Source of the DNA: Gemmatimonas sp.
GTDB taxonomy: Bacteria; Gemmatimonadota; Gemmatimonadetes; Gemmatimonadales; Gemmatimonadaceae
Length of the DNA stretch: 64,000 nucleotides
Direction of reading: 5' to 3'
Assembly (NCBI GenBank): GCA_965279375.1
Contig: OZ257156.1
Coordinates: forward strand, 928,001 to 992,000
The notes under the pieces are model-generated. The model searched no databases, was not told the DNA's origin, and worked only from the letters and a program-made list of their open reading frames with translations. Made by a program: the position numbers and the translations under genes. Shown one piece after another: positions 39,292 through 49,417 of this stretch (position 1 is the first letter of the stretch; each line of letters opens with the position of its first letter).

Positions 39292-40407
39292 ATGCCAGAC
39301 GCCACTGTTCCCCGCGTTCCCCAACCCGCTGCCGCACAGATCGGCGTGCCGATAGATCACATCGACGACGTGAGGTTCGCTGCCGTCGTTGCACGCGATG
39401 CCTCAGTGGACGGTTCGTTCTTCTACGCCGTCCGCACCACTGGCGTCGTCTGCAGGCCGTCGTGTGGCGCGCGTACACCCAAGCGCGAGAACGTCTCGTT
39501 CTTCACGTCGGTCGATGCGGCTATCGTCGCTGGCTTCCGCCCGTGCAAACGCTGCCGCCCCGATCAGCCCGCCGATGAACTCGCTCGCGAGGTCGTCACT
39601 GCCGTCTGCCGGCTCATCGACGACGCCATCACGCGCGATCGGCCAGCGCCGACACTCGACGCGCTCGCCGGCAAGATCGGCTACTCGCCGTTCCATCTGC
39701 ATCGGATGTTTCGCAAGGCCACCGGCATCACACCACGCGCCTATGCTGCCGGCGCGCGCGCCAATCGCGTGCGTGCCACTCTCGAAGACGCGCGCACCGT
39801 GTCAGAAGCCATTCACGCCGCCGGCTACAGCTCGTCCAGCCGATTCTACGAACACGCCACGCAACGCCTCGGCATGACGCCCACACGACTCAAGCGCGGC
39901 GGCCGCGACGAAACCATTCGCTTCGCCATCGGCGCGACATCGCTCGGTGCCATGCTCGTGGCGGCAACGGACAAGGGCGTCTGTGCCATCCAGCTCGGCG
40001 ACGACCCCAACGCACTCATTCGCGCGCTCGAAGATCGCTTTCCGCACGCAACGCTGATCGGCGACGACGACGCGTTCTCGACGACTGTGGCACAGGTCGT
40101 CGCGTTCGTGGAATCGCCCAACGGTGCGCTCGCGCTACCGCTCGACATTCGTGGCACGGCCTTTCAGGAGCGCGTGTGGACAGCACTCACCGCGATCGCG
40201 CCGGGACGCACCGTCACCTACACCGAGCTTGCCGCAGCCATCGGGCAGCCGTCTGCCGTGCGCGCCGTCGCGAGTGCGTGCGCAGCCAACGAGATCGCCA
40301 TCGCGATTCCGTGTCACCGCGTAGTGCGATCCAACGGCGAGCTGTCGGGCTATCGCTGGGGTGTCGAACGCAAGGACGCGCTGCTCCGTCGCGAGGGAGC
40401 ACGGTGA
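39292..40407 (+). CDS. ada: Bifunctional transcriptional activator / O6-methylguanine-DNA methyltransferase
   Basis: CRPSC and PCKRC Zn motifs, AraC HTH, GTAFQERVW, IPCHRVV. Confidence 0.96.
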   Translation: MPDATVPRVPQPAAAQIGVPIDHIDDVRFAAVVARDASVDGSFFYAVRTTGVVCRPSCGARTPKRENVSFFTSVDAAIVAGFRPCKRCRPDQPADELAREVVTAVCRLIDDAITRDRPAPTLDALAGKIGYSPFHLHRMFRKATGITPRAYAAGARANRVRATLEDARTVSEAIHAAGYSSSSRFYEHATQRLGMTPTRLKRGGRDETIRFAIGATSLGAMLVAATDKGVCAIQLGDDPNALIRALEDRFPHATLIGDDDAFSTTVAQVVAFVESPNGALALPLDIRGTAFQERVWTALTAIAPGRTVTYTELAAAIGQPSAVRAVASACAANEIAIAIPCHRVVRSNGELSGYRWGVERKDALLRREGAR

Positions 40408-41072
40408 ACGCCTTCAACGGCGAACTCTTCGCCGAGTCTGATTTCATTGGTAGCGGGGCACGCAACGTTTCGCTCCCCGAGGGCGCGAAGTTGCTTCCCG
40501 GCTTCGCGTTGGCCGCGGAGCAACCGCTGCTCGCGTCGCTCGAGCAAGTGATGCAGGCAGCACCCATGCGACACATGGTCACTCCCGGCGGACATCGCAT
40601 GTCCGTCGCGATGACCAACTGCGGCGCGTTCGGATGGATCACCGATCACGCCGGCTATCGCTACTCCTCGGTCGATCCGCTGTCGGGCAATGCATGGCCG
40701 GCGATGCCTGAGGTCTTTCGTTCGCTCGCGGTGCGCGCCGCGACGGCGGGTGGCTATCCAGCGTTTTCGCCCGACGCCTGTCTCATCAACCGCTACGAGC
40801 CCGGCGCGCGCATGTCGCTGCATCAGGACAAGAACGAGCGCGACCTCGATGCACCGATTGTCTCCGTGTCGCTCGGTTTAACCGCGAATTTCCAGTTCGG
40901 CGGACTTGAGCGGAGCGACAAGGTGCAACGCGTGGTGCTCCTTCATGGCGACGTCGTCGTGTGGGGTGGCCCGTCGCGTCTCGCGTATCACGGCGTCCTG
41001 CCGCTCAAGGACGGTGAGCACCCGCTACTCGGCCGCCAGCGTCTCAACCTCACCTTTCGCGTCGCGCGCTGA
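40404..41072 (+). CDS. alkB: DNA oxidative demethylase AlkB
   Basis: MSVAMTNCG, PDACLINRY, HQD...YHG...RLNLTFR; GTGA overlap with ada. Confidence 0.96.
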   Translation: MNAFNGELFAESDFIGSGARNVSLPEGAKLLPGFALAAEQPLLASLEQVMQAAPMRHMVTPGGHRMSVAMTNCGAFGWITDHAGYRYSSVDPLSGNAWPAMPEVFRSLAVRAATAGGYPAFSPDACLINRYEPGARMSLHQDKNERDLDAPIVSVSLGLTANFQFGGLERSDKVQRVVLLHGDVVVWGGPSRLAYHGVLPLKDGEHPLLGRQRLNLTFRVAR

Positions 41073-41081
41073 ACGCGATCG

Positions 41082-42176
41082 CTACCGCAACTTCATGATC
41101 AGACCGTTGTGCGCCTTGATCACGCCCGCGCGCAGAATGTCGAGCCCGTTCTCGTAGCAGTAGAGCCCCATCTGCTTCATGTCCATGAGTTCTCGGTAGC
41201 CATGATTCATGAAGTCCGACATGATGTTGTAGTAGATGCGCGTCTTGAACTGATTGCGCGGCGTGGTCATCACCACGTAACCGCCCGGCTTGAGAAAGCG
41301 TCGGTGCATCTCGATGCACTCGGCCTTGTGCGAATCCGGAAAGTGCTCGAGCAGCCCGATGCTCACCACCACGTCGAACTCGCGTCCGTACTTGAGGTCG
41401 CGAATGTCGGCGACTTCAAAGTGGATCGGCATCTCGTCGCGATACCACACGCGCGGATGGCCCGTAGTCTCGTCCACACCGACGAACGGATACTCCAACG
41501 GGAACTTGCCAAAACGATCCGTCTCGCAGAACGCATCGTAGTCCACCAGCACGATCTCGCCGCCCGGATACATCGCCGCGATCTGCATCGCTTCGTAGCC
41601 GTCGGCGGCGCCGAGAAACAGAATGCGCGGCTTCTTGAGCTGCATGCCGTCAAACAACGCGCGCTTGCCGCGCGGATCCCACACCGCATCCTCGGCGCGC
41701 ATCACCTTGTTCCACCCGGCCAGCCGCACCATGTCTTCCAGTGCGTGTTGCGCTTCGTGCGCATCGACGTGCGACATCGCGTGCGTGAGTGCGTGGCGCG
41801 CCTGCTGCTGCGCCGCGGGCACATCCGTCAGAAAGAACTGATGAAACGCCGTGTTGAAGAGGCGCCAGCCTTCGATGATCGGCAGCGGTTGGTCGTGCGC
41901 CGCCTCGTATTCGCGCCGAGCCCGCGACCACTTCTCCGTTTTGTACGGTCGCCCTACCTGGGCCCACGACATCGCTGACCAATTCGTCGCGCCGAAATCC
42001 ACGAACATGTCCGGCGCTTCGGTGCGCGTGTCGATCACGAATTGCGGTGTCAGCTCGCGGTGTCCGAGCGCGTGACGTGCGCCGCGAGGCCGACCCCACG
42101 GACGATCGGTGGAGGCGGGGAACGCGCGCTTGGCTGCAGCGGCAGCGGGAATCTGGGGAGAGACGAGCGTCGCCAT
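41082..42176 (-). CDS. Class I SAM-dependent methyltransferase with long N-terminal domain
   Basis: ILFLGAADG, VLVDY, ADIRDL, FDVVVSIGLLEHF, LKPGGYVVMTTP; start could be 42221. Confidence 0.85.
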   Translation of the reverse strand: MATLVSPQIPAAAAAKRAFPASTDRPWGRPRGARHALGHRELTPQFVIDTRTEAPDMFVDFGATNWSAMSWAQVGRPYKTEKWSRARREYEAAHDQPLPIIEGWRLFNTAFHQFFLTDVPAAQQQARHALTHAMSHVDAHEAQHALEDMVRLAGWNKVMRAEDAVWDPRGKRALFDGMQLKKPRILFLGAADGYEAMQIAAMYPGGEIVLVDYDAFCETDRFGKFPLEYPFVGVDETTGHPRVWYRDEMPIHFEVADIRDLKYGREFDVVVSIGLLEHFPDSHKAECIEMHRRFLKPGGYVVMTTPRNQFKTRIYYNIMSDFMNHGYRELMDMKQMGLYCYENGLDILRAGVIKAHNGLIMKLR

Positions 42177-42257
42177 GACTGGACGATGCGCGCCGAGCTC
42201 CGTCGGCGCCAGCGGACCCACAACCCTGCCGCACGCGGAGCTCGGCGGCGGATCGGA

Positions 42258-43073
42258 TCAGGAGAGCCCGAACTCCTCGCGCGCCTGACGGTTCGCGCTC
42301 GACTGCCGCGCCGCCAACTCGGCGTCGGTCGCTGACTTCGGCTGCCGTTCGGCGGCCAGCGCCGCCTCGCGACGCTCCACCAGCGACCAGAATTCGCCGC
42401 CGTCCGGCTCTGGGCCGTTCTCCGGTGGCAGGAGCGCGTACATCGCCTTGTACATCATCGAGAACGCCCAGAACAGCGACAGCATGTCCGGGAGCACCAG
42501 CACGATGCGCGTGATGGCGTTCACGTTGGCGACCTGATCGTTGAACGCCGGCGTGTTGAAGGGCGCGACGACGATGCGCAGGTTGATGAAATAATTGACC
42601 AAACCAGCCGCGAGATTCGTCGCGCCGATGATCAACGCAGCACGGCGGAGCGAGCTCGTCACCGTCGGCTCGTCCAGCAATCGATCGAGCGCCGCTTCGC
42701 GCTCCGGTGTGTCGGGGCCCAATCCCTGAAACGCGATGGAGCGCGTCACGGGCCGAGCCATGAACGCCGACCCGCCAAACACGAGCACCGCCACGATGTA
42801 GCTCGCACTGTCCTTGAATGCGAAGAGCGCGCCCGAGACATACCAGAACGCCAGCGCGCCGCGCATGATCGCGGAGAAGCCGCTGTAACTCGAGATGAAG
42901 TTGAAGCGACGCGTGATCACGAGCAGGTCGAGCAACACCCACGCAACCGGCACCAACGCAGCGACCAGATACGCCGGAAGGGTGCCAATCAGGGCAGTGC
43001 CGTACTTGAGGATCACAACCGGTGCGATGGCACCGATCAGGATGTCCAGCGTCAGCTTCAGCGACTTCGACAT
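42258..43073 (-). CDS. Integral membrane protein (VC0807 / septation protein A-like)
   Basis: 5-6 TM; FAFKD, RP, FNDQVA motifs. Confidence 0.65.
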   Translation of the reverse strand: MSKSLKLTLDILIGAIAPVVILKYGTALIGTLPAYLVAALVPVAWVLLDLLVITRRFNFISSYSGFSAIMRGALAFWYVSGALFAFKDSASYIVAVLVFGGSAFMARPVTRSIAFQGLGPDTPEREAALDRLLDEPTVTSSLRRAALIIGATNLAAGLVNYFINLRIVVAPFNTPAFNDQVANVNAITRIVLVLPDMLSLFWAFSMMYKAMYALLPPENGPEPDGGEFWSLVERREAALAAERQPKSATDAELAARQSSANRQAREEFGLS

Positions 43074-43533
43074 GGGTACGCGAGGGGATGCGTCCGACTG
43101 ACCCCCGCGGGGCCCGAATCGGCGACTAGCAATGTATCGGGTCGTGCAGCCGTGTACCCACGTCGGTCGGCGTCTCGCAATCGACGTCCACGACCCCCTG
43201 CGCGTTACCACATCGCTCGCATCACGCACCGACGCACAGCACTGAACGCATTGTGCGCCGGAGCACGTTCGCCCTGCGGCCGCTGTATCGCGGCGTGACG
43301 CCGTCGCACAGAACAGCACAGACCCAGGAGTGGCGGCTGGTCCCACCGAATCGAACCATCCAGCCGCAAGTCACTTCATCACATGGACTTATGCGGTGTT
43401 CTCGCAACTGCGTCGGACCTCGGCCCGATCGGTACATCTCCTGCTTTGAAGTGGAGCACTGCCGCCGCGTGATGCATGGCCCGCTTCCGGGCCATCGAGC
43501 GCGGCTCTCGCCCACGCACTCATGAGGTGTCCC

Positions 43534-43992
43534 ATGCATCGCACGCTGCTCTCCATCCGCGCCGTTGTCTCCATCGCCGCTGTTGCCGCACTCGCCGCCT
43601 GCAGCGATTCGTCCCCTGTCGCGGTGACGGATCCGTCGGCGTCGTTGGCCCGCGGCAGCGGCGGTGGCGGCGCCGCGACGGCCACCAAGCAGACCATCAC
43701 CCTCTCGCCGTCGGCCGGCGCCCTGTTCGCCAGCGCCAAGGGCAAGGCCAAGTTCGCCGCCAAGCCCGGCGAGCGTGAGCTGCAGATCGAAGTGGAGAAC
43801 GTGCCGGCAGGGACGTCGCTGATCTTCACGGTTGGTGGTGTGAACGTGGGCACGGCCACGGCCGACGCCCTGCGCCAGGCGCGCATCAACCTCAACTCGA
43901 CGCTTGGCAACGCCGTCCCACTGTCGGTCACCGGTGCATCCGTGATCGTCACAACTGCCGCTGGCGGCGCGGTCGTCTCCGGTTCGTTCTGA
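43534..43992 (+). CDS. Hypothetical lipoprotein
   Basis: GAGG RBS, lipobox LAA-C, Gly linker, beta-rich domain. Confidence 0.75.
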   Translation: MHRTLLSIRAVVSIAAVAALAACSDSSPVAVTDPSASLARGSGGGGAATATKQTITLSPSAGALFASAKGKAKFAAKPGERELQIEVENVPAGTSLIFTVGGVNVGTATADALRQARINLNSTLGNAVPLSVTGASVIVTTAAGGAVVSGSF

Positions 43993-44269
43993 GCCGAGCT
44001 GCGATGAGTTAACCGTCCGTTGCTGCCGTGCGCAGGAGTTCCTGTGCGCGGCAGCGCCGGGCCACCGCCGGAGTGGCCCTGCGAGAGGCCCCTGGCCCCT
44101 GCGACGTGTCTCTCTCCCGTCGCCCGCAGCACGGCAGACGTCGCTGCCGGCAGTCTAGTGCCACGGCTCCCCGTGCCGTATCGTCATGTGTACAGGTTTC
44201 TTCACCGACCGGTACCGCTTCCGCCCCGCGCAGTCCTCGGGGCAGACACATAGACGGAGTACGCACGCT

Positions 44270-44893
44270 ATGAAGCTCACACGTCCTGTTTTCGCGCTCG
44301 CGGTTTGCGGGCTGCTCGCCGGCGCTTCGTCCCTCGCCTCCGCGCAAAGCGGCATGGCCGGCATGGACCACGGGTCGCATCGCATGGGCCCAGAGATCGT
44401 GATCCCCAAGGGCGCGATCTATACCAAAGCCGACGTCGAATTCATGCAGGGGATGATCGCCCATCATGCCCAGGCGATCGTCATGGCGAAGATGGCCGAG
44501 AAGAACAGCACCAACACGCCGTTACTCATGCTCTCGCGCAAGATCGATCAGTCGCAGGTGCCTGAGATCATCATCATGCAGGACTGGCTGCGGCGCTACA
44601 AGCAATTCGCCCCCGATACGTCCTCGTGGCACGACATGCGCATGGACGGCATGCTGACCGACGAGGAGCTCAAGGCGATGGATGCGGCCAAGGGCGCCGA
44701 TTTCGACCGGCTGTTCCTCACCGGCATGATCAAGCACCACGCCGGCGCCATCAAGATGGTCGACGATCTGTTCAAGTCGCCCGGGGCCGGCCAGGAAGTC
44801 GATGCCAGCGTCTTCGCCAACGACGTCGTCACCGCGCAGACCGCCGAGATCGGCGTCATGCGTCGCCTGCTCGCCCAGCTCCCGAAGAAGTAG
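44270..44893 (+). CDS. DUF305 (ferritin-like, CopM-like) secreted protein
   Basis: ADVEFMQGMIAHHAQA and FDRLFLTGMIKHHAGA repeats; Met/His-rich N-terminus. Confidence 0.92.
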   Translation: MKLTRPVFALAVCGLLAGASSLASAQSGMAGMDHGSHRMGPEIVIPKGAIYTKADVEFMQGMIAHHAQAIVMAKMAEKNSTNTPLLMLSRKIDQSQVPEIIIMQDWLRRYKQFAPDTSSWHDMRMDGMLTDEELKAMDAAKGADFDRLFLTGMIKHHAGAIKMVDDLFKSPGAGQEVDASVFANDVVTAQTAEIGVMRRLLAQLPKK

Positions 44894-44977
44894 CCCACGC
44901 CCCACTCGTCGCCGCGCGCCAGGCCCGGTGCGCGGCGATTTCTACCCTGCTGCACCTCACCTCTGGAGGGTGAATCG

Positions 44978-46825
44978 ATGCGTGTCGTCCGCAGTCTGCT
45001 CCTTCTTGCCGCGGCGGTGGCCGTGCCGGCGCTCAGTGCGCCGGGTACGCTTTCGGCGCAAACCTATCCGTCGGCCAAGGATCCCCGCAGCGTCCTCAAG
45101 CCCGGGCGCTTCGATGCGGGCGTGGCCATCAACGGCATGAAGCAGGTGTCGTTCGTACCCAAGCCGGCGCAGTTCGACACGGTCCGCGGGTTGACGTTCA
45201 TCAACTCCGACGTCGCCTTCGGCACGCACTATATCTACCAGGCCAACTTCGCCGGCTTCACCATTTGGGACGTCACCGATCCCGCCAAGCCGGTCATGAC
45301 GGCGGCGGTGCGCTGCACCACGTCGCAGGGCGACCCGACGATCTACGGCAACCTCCTTTTCCTCTCGGCCGAAGGTGGTGGCAACCGAAAGGACTGCGGG
45401 TCTCAGGGCGTGCAGGATCCGAAGGATCACATGGCCGGCATTCGCATCTTCGACGTGTCCAACCCGAAGGAGCCCAAGCTGGTCAAGAACGTCGAGACGT
45501 GCAAAGGCTCGCACACACACACGCTGGTGCCGAGCCCGACGGACAAGAACATCATCTACCTGTACATATCGGGGCAGTCGGGCGCGCGTCCGGATACCGA
45601 GCTCGCCGGGTGCAAGAACGGCAACGATCCGAAGGATCCGACGAACTCGCTCTACCAACTCGACATCGTGAAGGTGTTCCTCAACGCGCCAGAGAAGTCG
45701 GTCGTCATTCCGGGTGCCCGCATCTTTGCCGACCTCGAAAGAGCCGGCGAGTGCGCACGGTACTGCGCGCCGGCACGCCCCGGTGCTCGCGCGGGGGCGC
45801 GTCCGCAGCCCGCGCCCGACATGCCGACCGGTCCGCGCAACTGCCATGACGTGACGGCGTACCCCGAGATGAACATGCTGCTCGCGTCCTGCTCGACGCA
45901 CTCGATTCTCGTGGACATCAAGAACCCCGAGAAGCCGTTTCGTATCAGCGCGGTCATGGACACGAACAACTTCCAGGGGCGTCACACGGCGGCCTTCAGC
46001 AACGACGCGAAGAAGCTGATCCAGACCGAGGAGTGGGGCGGCGGTACGGGCCCGATGTGCCAGGCGTCGAGCATGCAGCAGTTGGGCGGCAACACCATCA
46101 TCACTCTGGACGCGAACAAGCGGCAGCAGCAGCGCGCATACTTCAAGCTGCCGTCGGCACAGGCGGCGGAAGAGAATTGCGTGGCGCACAACGGCGGCAT
46201 CATTCCGGTGCCGGGACGCGACCTGTACGTGCAGGGGTGGTACCAGGGCGGCGTGAACATCATGGACTTCACCGACGCTGACAACGCTTTCGAGATCGCC
46301 TACTTCGATCGTGGCTCGATCAACCCGCCCAAGCCGGTCGACGTGCCAGGAGCGGCGGCGGCCGCGCCCGACCCGTCGGTGCGTGGCGGCGGCAACACCA
46401 TCGGCGGGTCGTGGGGCGCGTACTATTGGAACGGCCTCATCGTCTCCTCCGAACTCGATCGCGGCATGGACATCCTCGAACTTGTGCCCAGCGCGAATCT
46501 CTCGGCCAACGAGATCGCCGCGGCCAAGCTGGTGCGTTTCGAGCAGTTCAACCCGCAGAGCCAGCCCAAGTACGTGTGGCCGCCGGCATTTGTCGTCGTG
46601 CGCTCGTATCTCGACCAGCTCGTGCGCAACACCGGCCTCGCGGCCGAGCGCACCACGGCCATCGCGCAGGCGCTCGACGTGGCGGAGATGAAGACGGGCA
46701 TCGCACGTTCCACCGCGCTCAACGCACTCGCCGTGCAGGTCGACGCCGATGCCAAGGGCGCCAAGGACAGCGCGCGCGTCAGCAAGATGGCGAGCGAGAT
46801 TCGTCGCCTCGCCGCCGTGAAGTAA
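44978..46825 (+). CDS. Secreted LVIVD-repeat protein
   Basis: NSDVAF, GFTIWDVTDP, QGDP, GIRIFDVSNP, GSHTHT, CHD, EEWGGG, ENCVAHNG, WYQGG. Confidence 0.85.
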   Translation: MRVVRSLLLLAAAVAVPALSAPGTLSAQTYPSAKDPRSVLKPGRFDAGVAINGMKQVSFVPKPAQFDTVRGLTFINSDVAFGTHYIYQANFAGFTIWDVTDPAKPVMTAAVRCTTSQGDPTIYGNLLFLSAEGGGNRKDCGSQGVQDPKDHMAGIRIFDVSNPKEPKLVKNVETCKGSHTHTLVPSPTDKNIIYLYISGQSGARPDTELAGCKNGNDPKDPTNSLYQLDIVKVFLNAPEKSVVIPGARIFADLERAGECARYCAPARPGARAGARPQPAPDMPTGPRNCHDVTAYPEMNMLLASCSTHSILVDIKNPEKPFRISAVMDTNNFQGRHTAAFSNDAKKLIQTEEWGGGTGPMCQASSMQQLGGNTIITLDANKRQQQRAYFKLPSAQAAEENCVAHNGGIIPVPGRDLYVQGWYQGGVNIMDFTDADNAFEIAYFDRGSINPPKPVDVPGAAAAAPDPSVRGGGNTIGGSWGAYYWNGLIVSSELDRGMDILELVPSANLSANEIAAAKLVRFEQFNPQSQPKYVWPPAFVVVRSYLDQLVRNTGLAAERTTAIAQALDVAEMKTGIARSTALNALAVQVDADAKGAKDSARVSKMASEIRRLAAVK

Positions 46826-46856
46826 GGTGAAGTAACACGCGGTTAACCCCGCAACC

Positions 46857-46890
46857 GCAAAGGGCGCCTCCGGTGGAGGCGCCCTTTTGC
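46857..46890. terminator. Bidirectional intrinsic terminator
   Basis: GCAAAGGGCGCCTCC-GGT-GGAGGCGCCCTTTTGC between convergent genes. Confidence 0.88.
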
Positions 46891-46894
46891 ATGC

Positions 46895-48325
46895 TCACCG
46901 ATCCCTCTCTCGCACGAGCGTCGATCTCGACTGCCCGCGCTGCGTCTGCATCTCCAGGCGCACAATACGCCCGCTGGTATCGCGCACAAACTCGCCGATC
47001 AATGCCGTGTCGTCGAAAAACACACGATCCGGCTCATACAACGTCATGCGGATGCGCGGATTGTTTTCGCGCTGATAGTACAGCCGACCTTGCTCGATGC
47101 CTATGTGTATCGCGGCCCGCTGCGCATTGAGATACTGCCCGACGTACTGCTGCAGCGAATCTGCGGACACCACCAGCGCGCGGCGAACGAGCGGCTTGCC
47201 AAGTGCGATCGCTGCGATAGCGGTGGCAGTCAGTTCCGGCAAGCGGTTGCCACGGCCATTCAGCAGCACCACAACCAGCAGCGAGTCGTCGGGAAGGTAC
47301 ATGGCGTGACTCATGAAGCCACCCATGTTGCCGCCATGCTCTACAAGCGCATGTCCCTGCAGTGTGCCGATGAACCAGCCATAGCCGTAGTCGGTGAGAT
47401 CTCCGCTCGTGGTTCGCGCCGGTGTCCACGCGCGCCGTAAGGTGGAATCCCGCAGCAGACGCCCCGTCACGAGCGCTCGCTGCCAGCGCAGCAGATCCGC
47501 GGCCGTGGACTGCAGCGCGCCCGCCGCCCATGCAATCTGTACATTCGCATTGTTCGCGTTCTCGACACGATTGCGAACGAACAGATACGGAATGGCTCGG
47601 TGTGCGATCACACGAGTGTCGTCTCCCCAAAGTGAACGCGTCATCCCCGCCGGTGCGAGCAGCGTGCGTTCGAGATACTCGGGGAACGGTTCGCCGACCA
47701 CCTTCTCGACGATGTAGCCGAGCAACTGATAGCCAGCGTTGCTGTACGACCATCGCGACCCCGGAGCGAAGTCGAGCGGCTGATCCTTGAAGGTGGCCAT
47801 CACCTGCTCGGCGGACAGCCATCCTCGCCCCGCCGCCAAGAGACTGCCAGCGTTTCGTGCGTTCGCGATGCCGGACGTGTGCGTCAGAAGCTGCTCGATC
47901 GTCACCGCTTTGATCGGCGTCGGATAGCCGGGAAGGAACCGTCCAACCGTATCGGCGAGTGATAGCCGTCCCTGCTCGACCAGCTGCAGTACCGCAACCG
48001 CGGTGAACTGCTTGGTCATGGACGCGATCGAGAACAGTGCGTCCGTCGTCATCGGTGCATTCCACTCGAGATTCGCCATGCCGAACGCTCGGTGATGGAG
48101 AATGCGGTCTCCACGGGCGACCAGCACCACACCACCGGGCTGGTCAGGCTTGTACGCCGAGTCGATGACGGCATCGATTGCTCGGGTCGGGAATCGCGTT
48201 GCTTGTGCGTGCGCGGTGCTGGCGTGTGCGGCGATGAGCGTCGCGGCGAGCAACATGTCACCAGGCGCGATACGCAGCACGCTCGCTGTGCGCCGGCTGA
48301 TCGCATAGCGACATGAAGTGATCAT
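46895..48325 (-). CDS. Serine hydrolase, beta-lactamase (AmpC/PBP-like) family, with C-terminal domain
   Basis: SMTK (SxxK), LLTHTSG, YSN, HGG; signal peptide; start uncertain. Confidence 0.9.
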   Translation of the reverse strand: MITSCRYAISRRTASVLRIAPGDMLLAATLIAAHASTAHAQATRFPTRAIDAVIDSAYKPDQPGGVVLVARGDRILHHRAFGMANLEWNAPMTTDALFSIASMTKQFTAVAVLQLVEQGRLSLADTVGRFLPGYPTPIKAVTIEQLLTHTSGIANARNAGSLLAAGRGWLSAEQVMATFKDQPLDFAPGSRWSYSNAGYQLLGYIVEKVVGEPFPEYLERTLLAPAGMTRSLWGDDTRVIAHRAIPYLFVRNRVENANNANVQIAWAAGALQSTAADLLRWQRALVTGRLLRDSTLRRAWTPARTTSGDLTDYGYGWFIGTLQGHALVEHGGNMGGFMSHAMYLPDDSLLVVVLLNGRGNRLPELTATAIAAIALGKPLVRRALVVSADSLQQYVGQYLNAQRAAIHIGIEQGRLYYQRENNPRIRMTLYEPDRVFFDDTALIGEFVRDTSGRIVRLEMQTQRGQSRSTLVRERDR

Positions 48326-48366
48326 CGAAACATTCTCTGGTTGTACGGTGGGGTCGAACTCGGCAA

Positions 48367-48708
48367 CTACTCTCGACGGGCACGGGTCATGGCCACGAAC
48401 GCCAGCTGCGACACGCCGACCCCGAGAAACAGACAAGCCAACGCCGCCGCGCTGTTGGGAGGCAGGTGAAGCAGATGAATGACCAACAAGGCAGCGCCAT
48501 CACACACGCCCAGCAAGCCCCAGCGAAGTGCGCGCGTACGGGCCACGGCGCGCTCCGCTTCGTGCACAGCGGTCGCCGTCTCTCCGGCGACTCCTTCCCG
48601 GAGCGCCTTGTAGCGGACGAACGCGTCGACGATCGATCGGAGCACAAAGGCGGCCGCGCCGAAGATGAGCGCGACTATGAGAACCTGCGTGATCTGGTCA
48701 CTCTGCAT
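48367..48708 (-). CDS. Small 3-TM membrane protein (DUF6249-like), divergent from the ECF sigma
   Basis: TM - helical linker - ALRWGLL - 2 TM architecture. Confidence 0.6.
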   Translation of the reverse strand: MQSDQITQVLIVALIFGAAAFVLRSIVDAFVRYKALREGVAGETATAVHEAERAVARTRALRWGLLGVCDGAALLVIHLLHLPPNSAAALACLFLGVGVSQLAFVAMTRARRE

Positions 48709-48736
48709 GGGCCACCTGGAAGAGACACTCGTTCAG

Positions 48737-48800
48737 GAGATACGACTCGGGGCAGAAAGGTTGCAGCGTCGTGCAACCTTTTTTGCGCTCCCGGTATCTC
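48737..48800. promoter_or_regulatory. Back-to-back ECF sigma-type promoters
   Basis: TGCAACC-N15-GTATCTC on + (48772-48800) and on - (48765-48737). Confidence 0.75.
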
Positions 48801-48826
48801 TCTTCCGTGACCCCGACGCGCCAACG

Positions 48827-49411
48827 ATGACGACGGACCTCGAACTGGCTCGGGCGATCCAGCGCGGTTCAGAATCCGCCTGTACGCTGTTCGTCGAGCG
48901 GTACAGGACGCTCTGCTTCCACATCGTTCGCCGCTTCGTCTCGTCGGATGATGAGGCCTTCGACCTGTGTCAGGACACATTCCTTCGTGCACTCGATCGC
49001 ATGCCGCAGTTCCGTGGTGAGGGGTCGCTGGCGTCGTGGGTGGGGCGCATAGCCTTCAACATCGGCCAGCGTCGAGCAGAACAGCAGCGCGCACGACGTG
49101 AGGTATCATGGGACGCTGCAGACCAGTCCCAGGACAGGCCTCTCTCGGATGCGCTGCTCGCGCAGGACGACGCGCAGCACCGACTGGAAGTCGAAGACAC
49201 GCAGCAGCAGCTTCACACCGCCCTGCGAACGCTCAGCACCACGGAGCAGACCGTGATCAGCCTGTTCTACCTGGATGAACTCAGTCTGACCGAGATCGCC
49301 GCCGTGACCGGGCTTCGCGAAGGTACGATCAAGAGTCACCTCTCGCGCGGCCGTCAGCGCCTTCGACGCGCCTACGATGCCGGCGGTGACTCCTCGCCAC
49401 CGCTTCTATAG
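48827..49411 (+). CDS. ECF RNA polymerase sigma-70 factor
   Basis: AFDLCQDTF, FRGEGSLASWVGRIAFN (region 2); LSLTEIAAVTG..GTIKSHLSRGR (region 4). Confidence 0.93.
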   Translation: MTTDLELARAIQRGSESACTLFVERYRTLCFHIVRRFVSSDDEAFDLCQDTFLRALDRMPQFRGEGSLASWVGRIAFNIGQRRAEQQRARREVSWDAADQSQDRPLSDALLAQDDAQHRLEVEDTQQQLHTALRTLSTTEQTVISLFYLDELSLTEIAAVTGLREGTIKSHLSRGRQRLRRAYDAGGDSSPPLL

Positions 49412-49417
49412 AACGCC

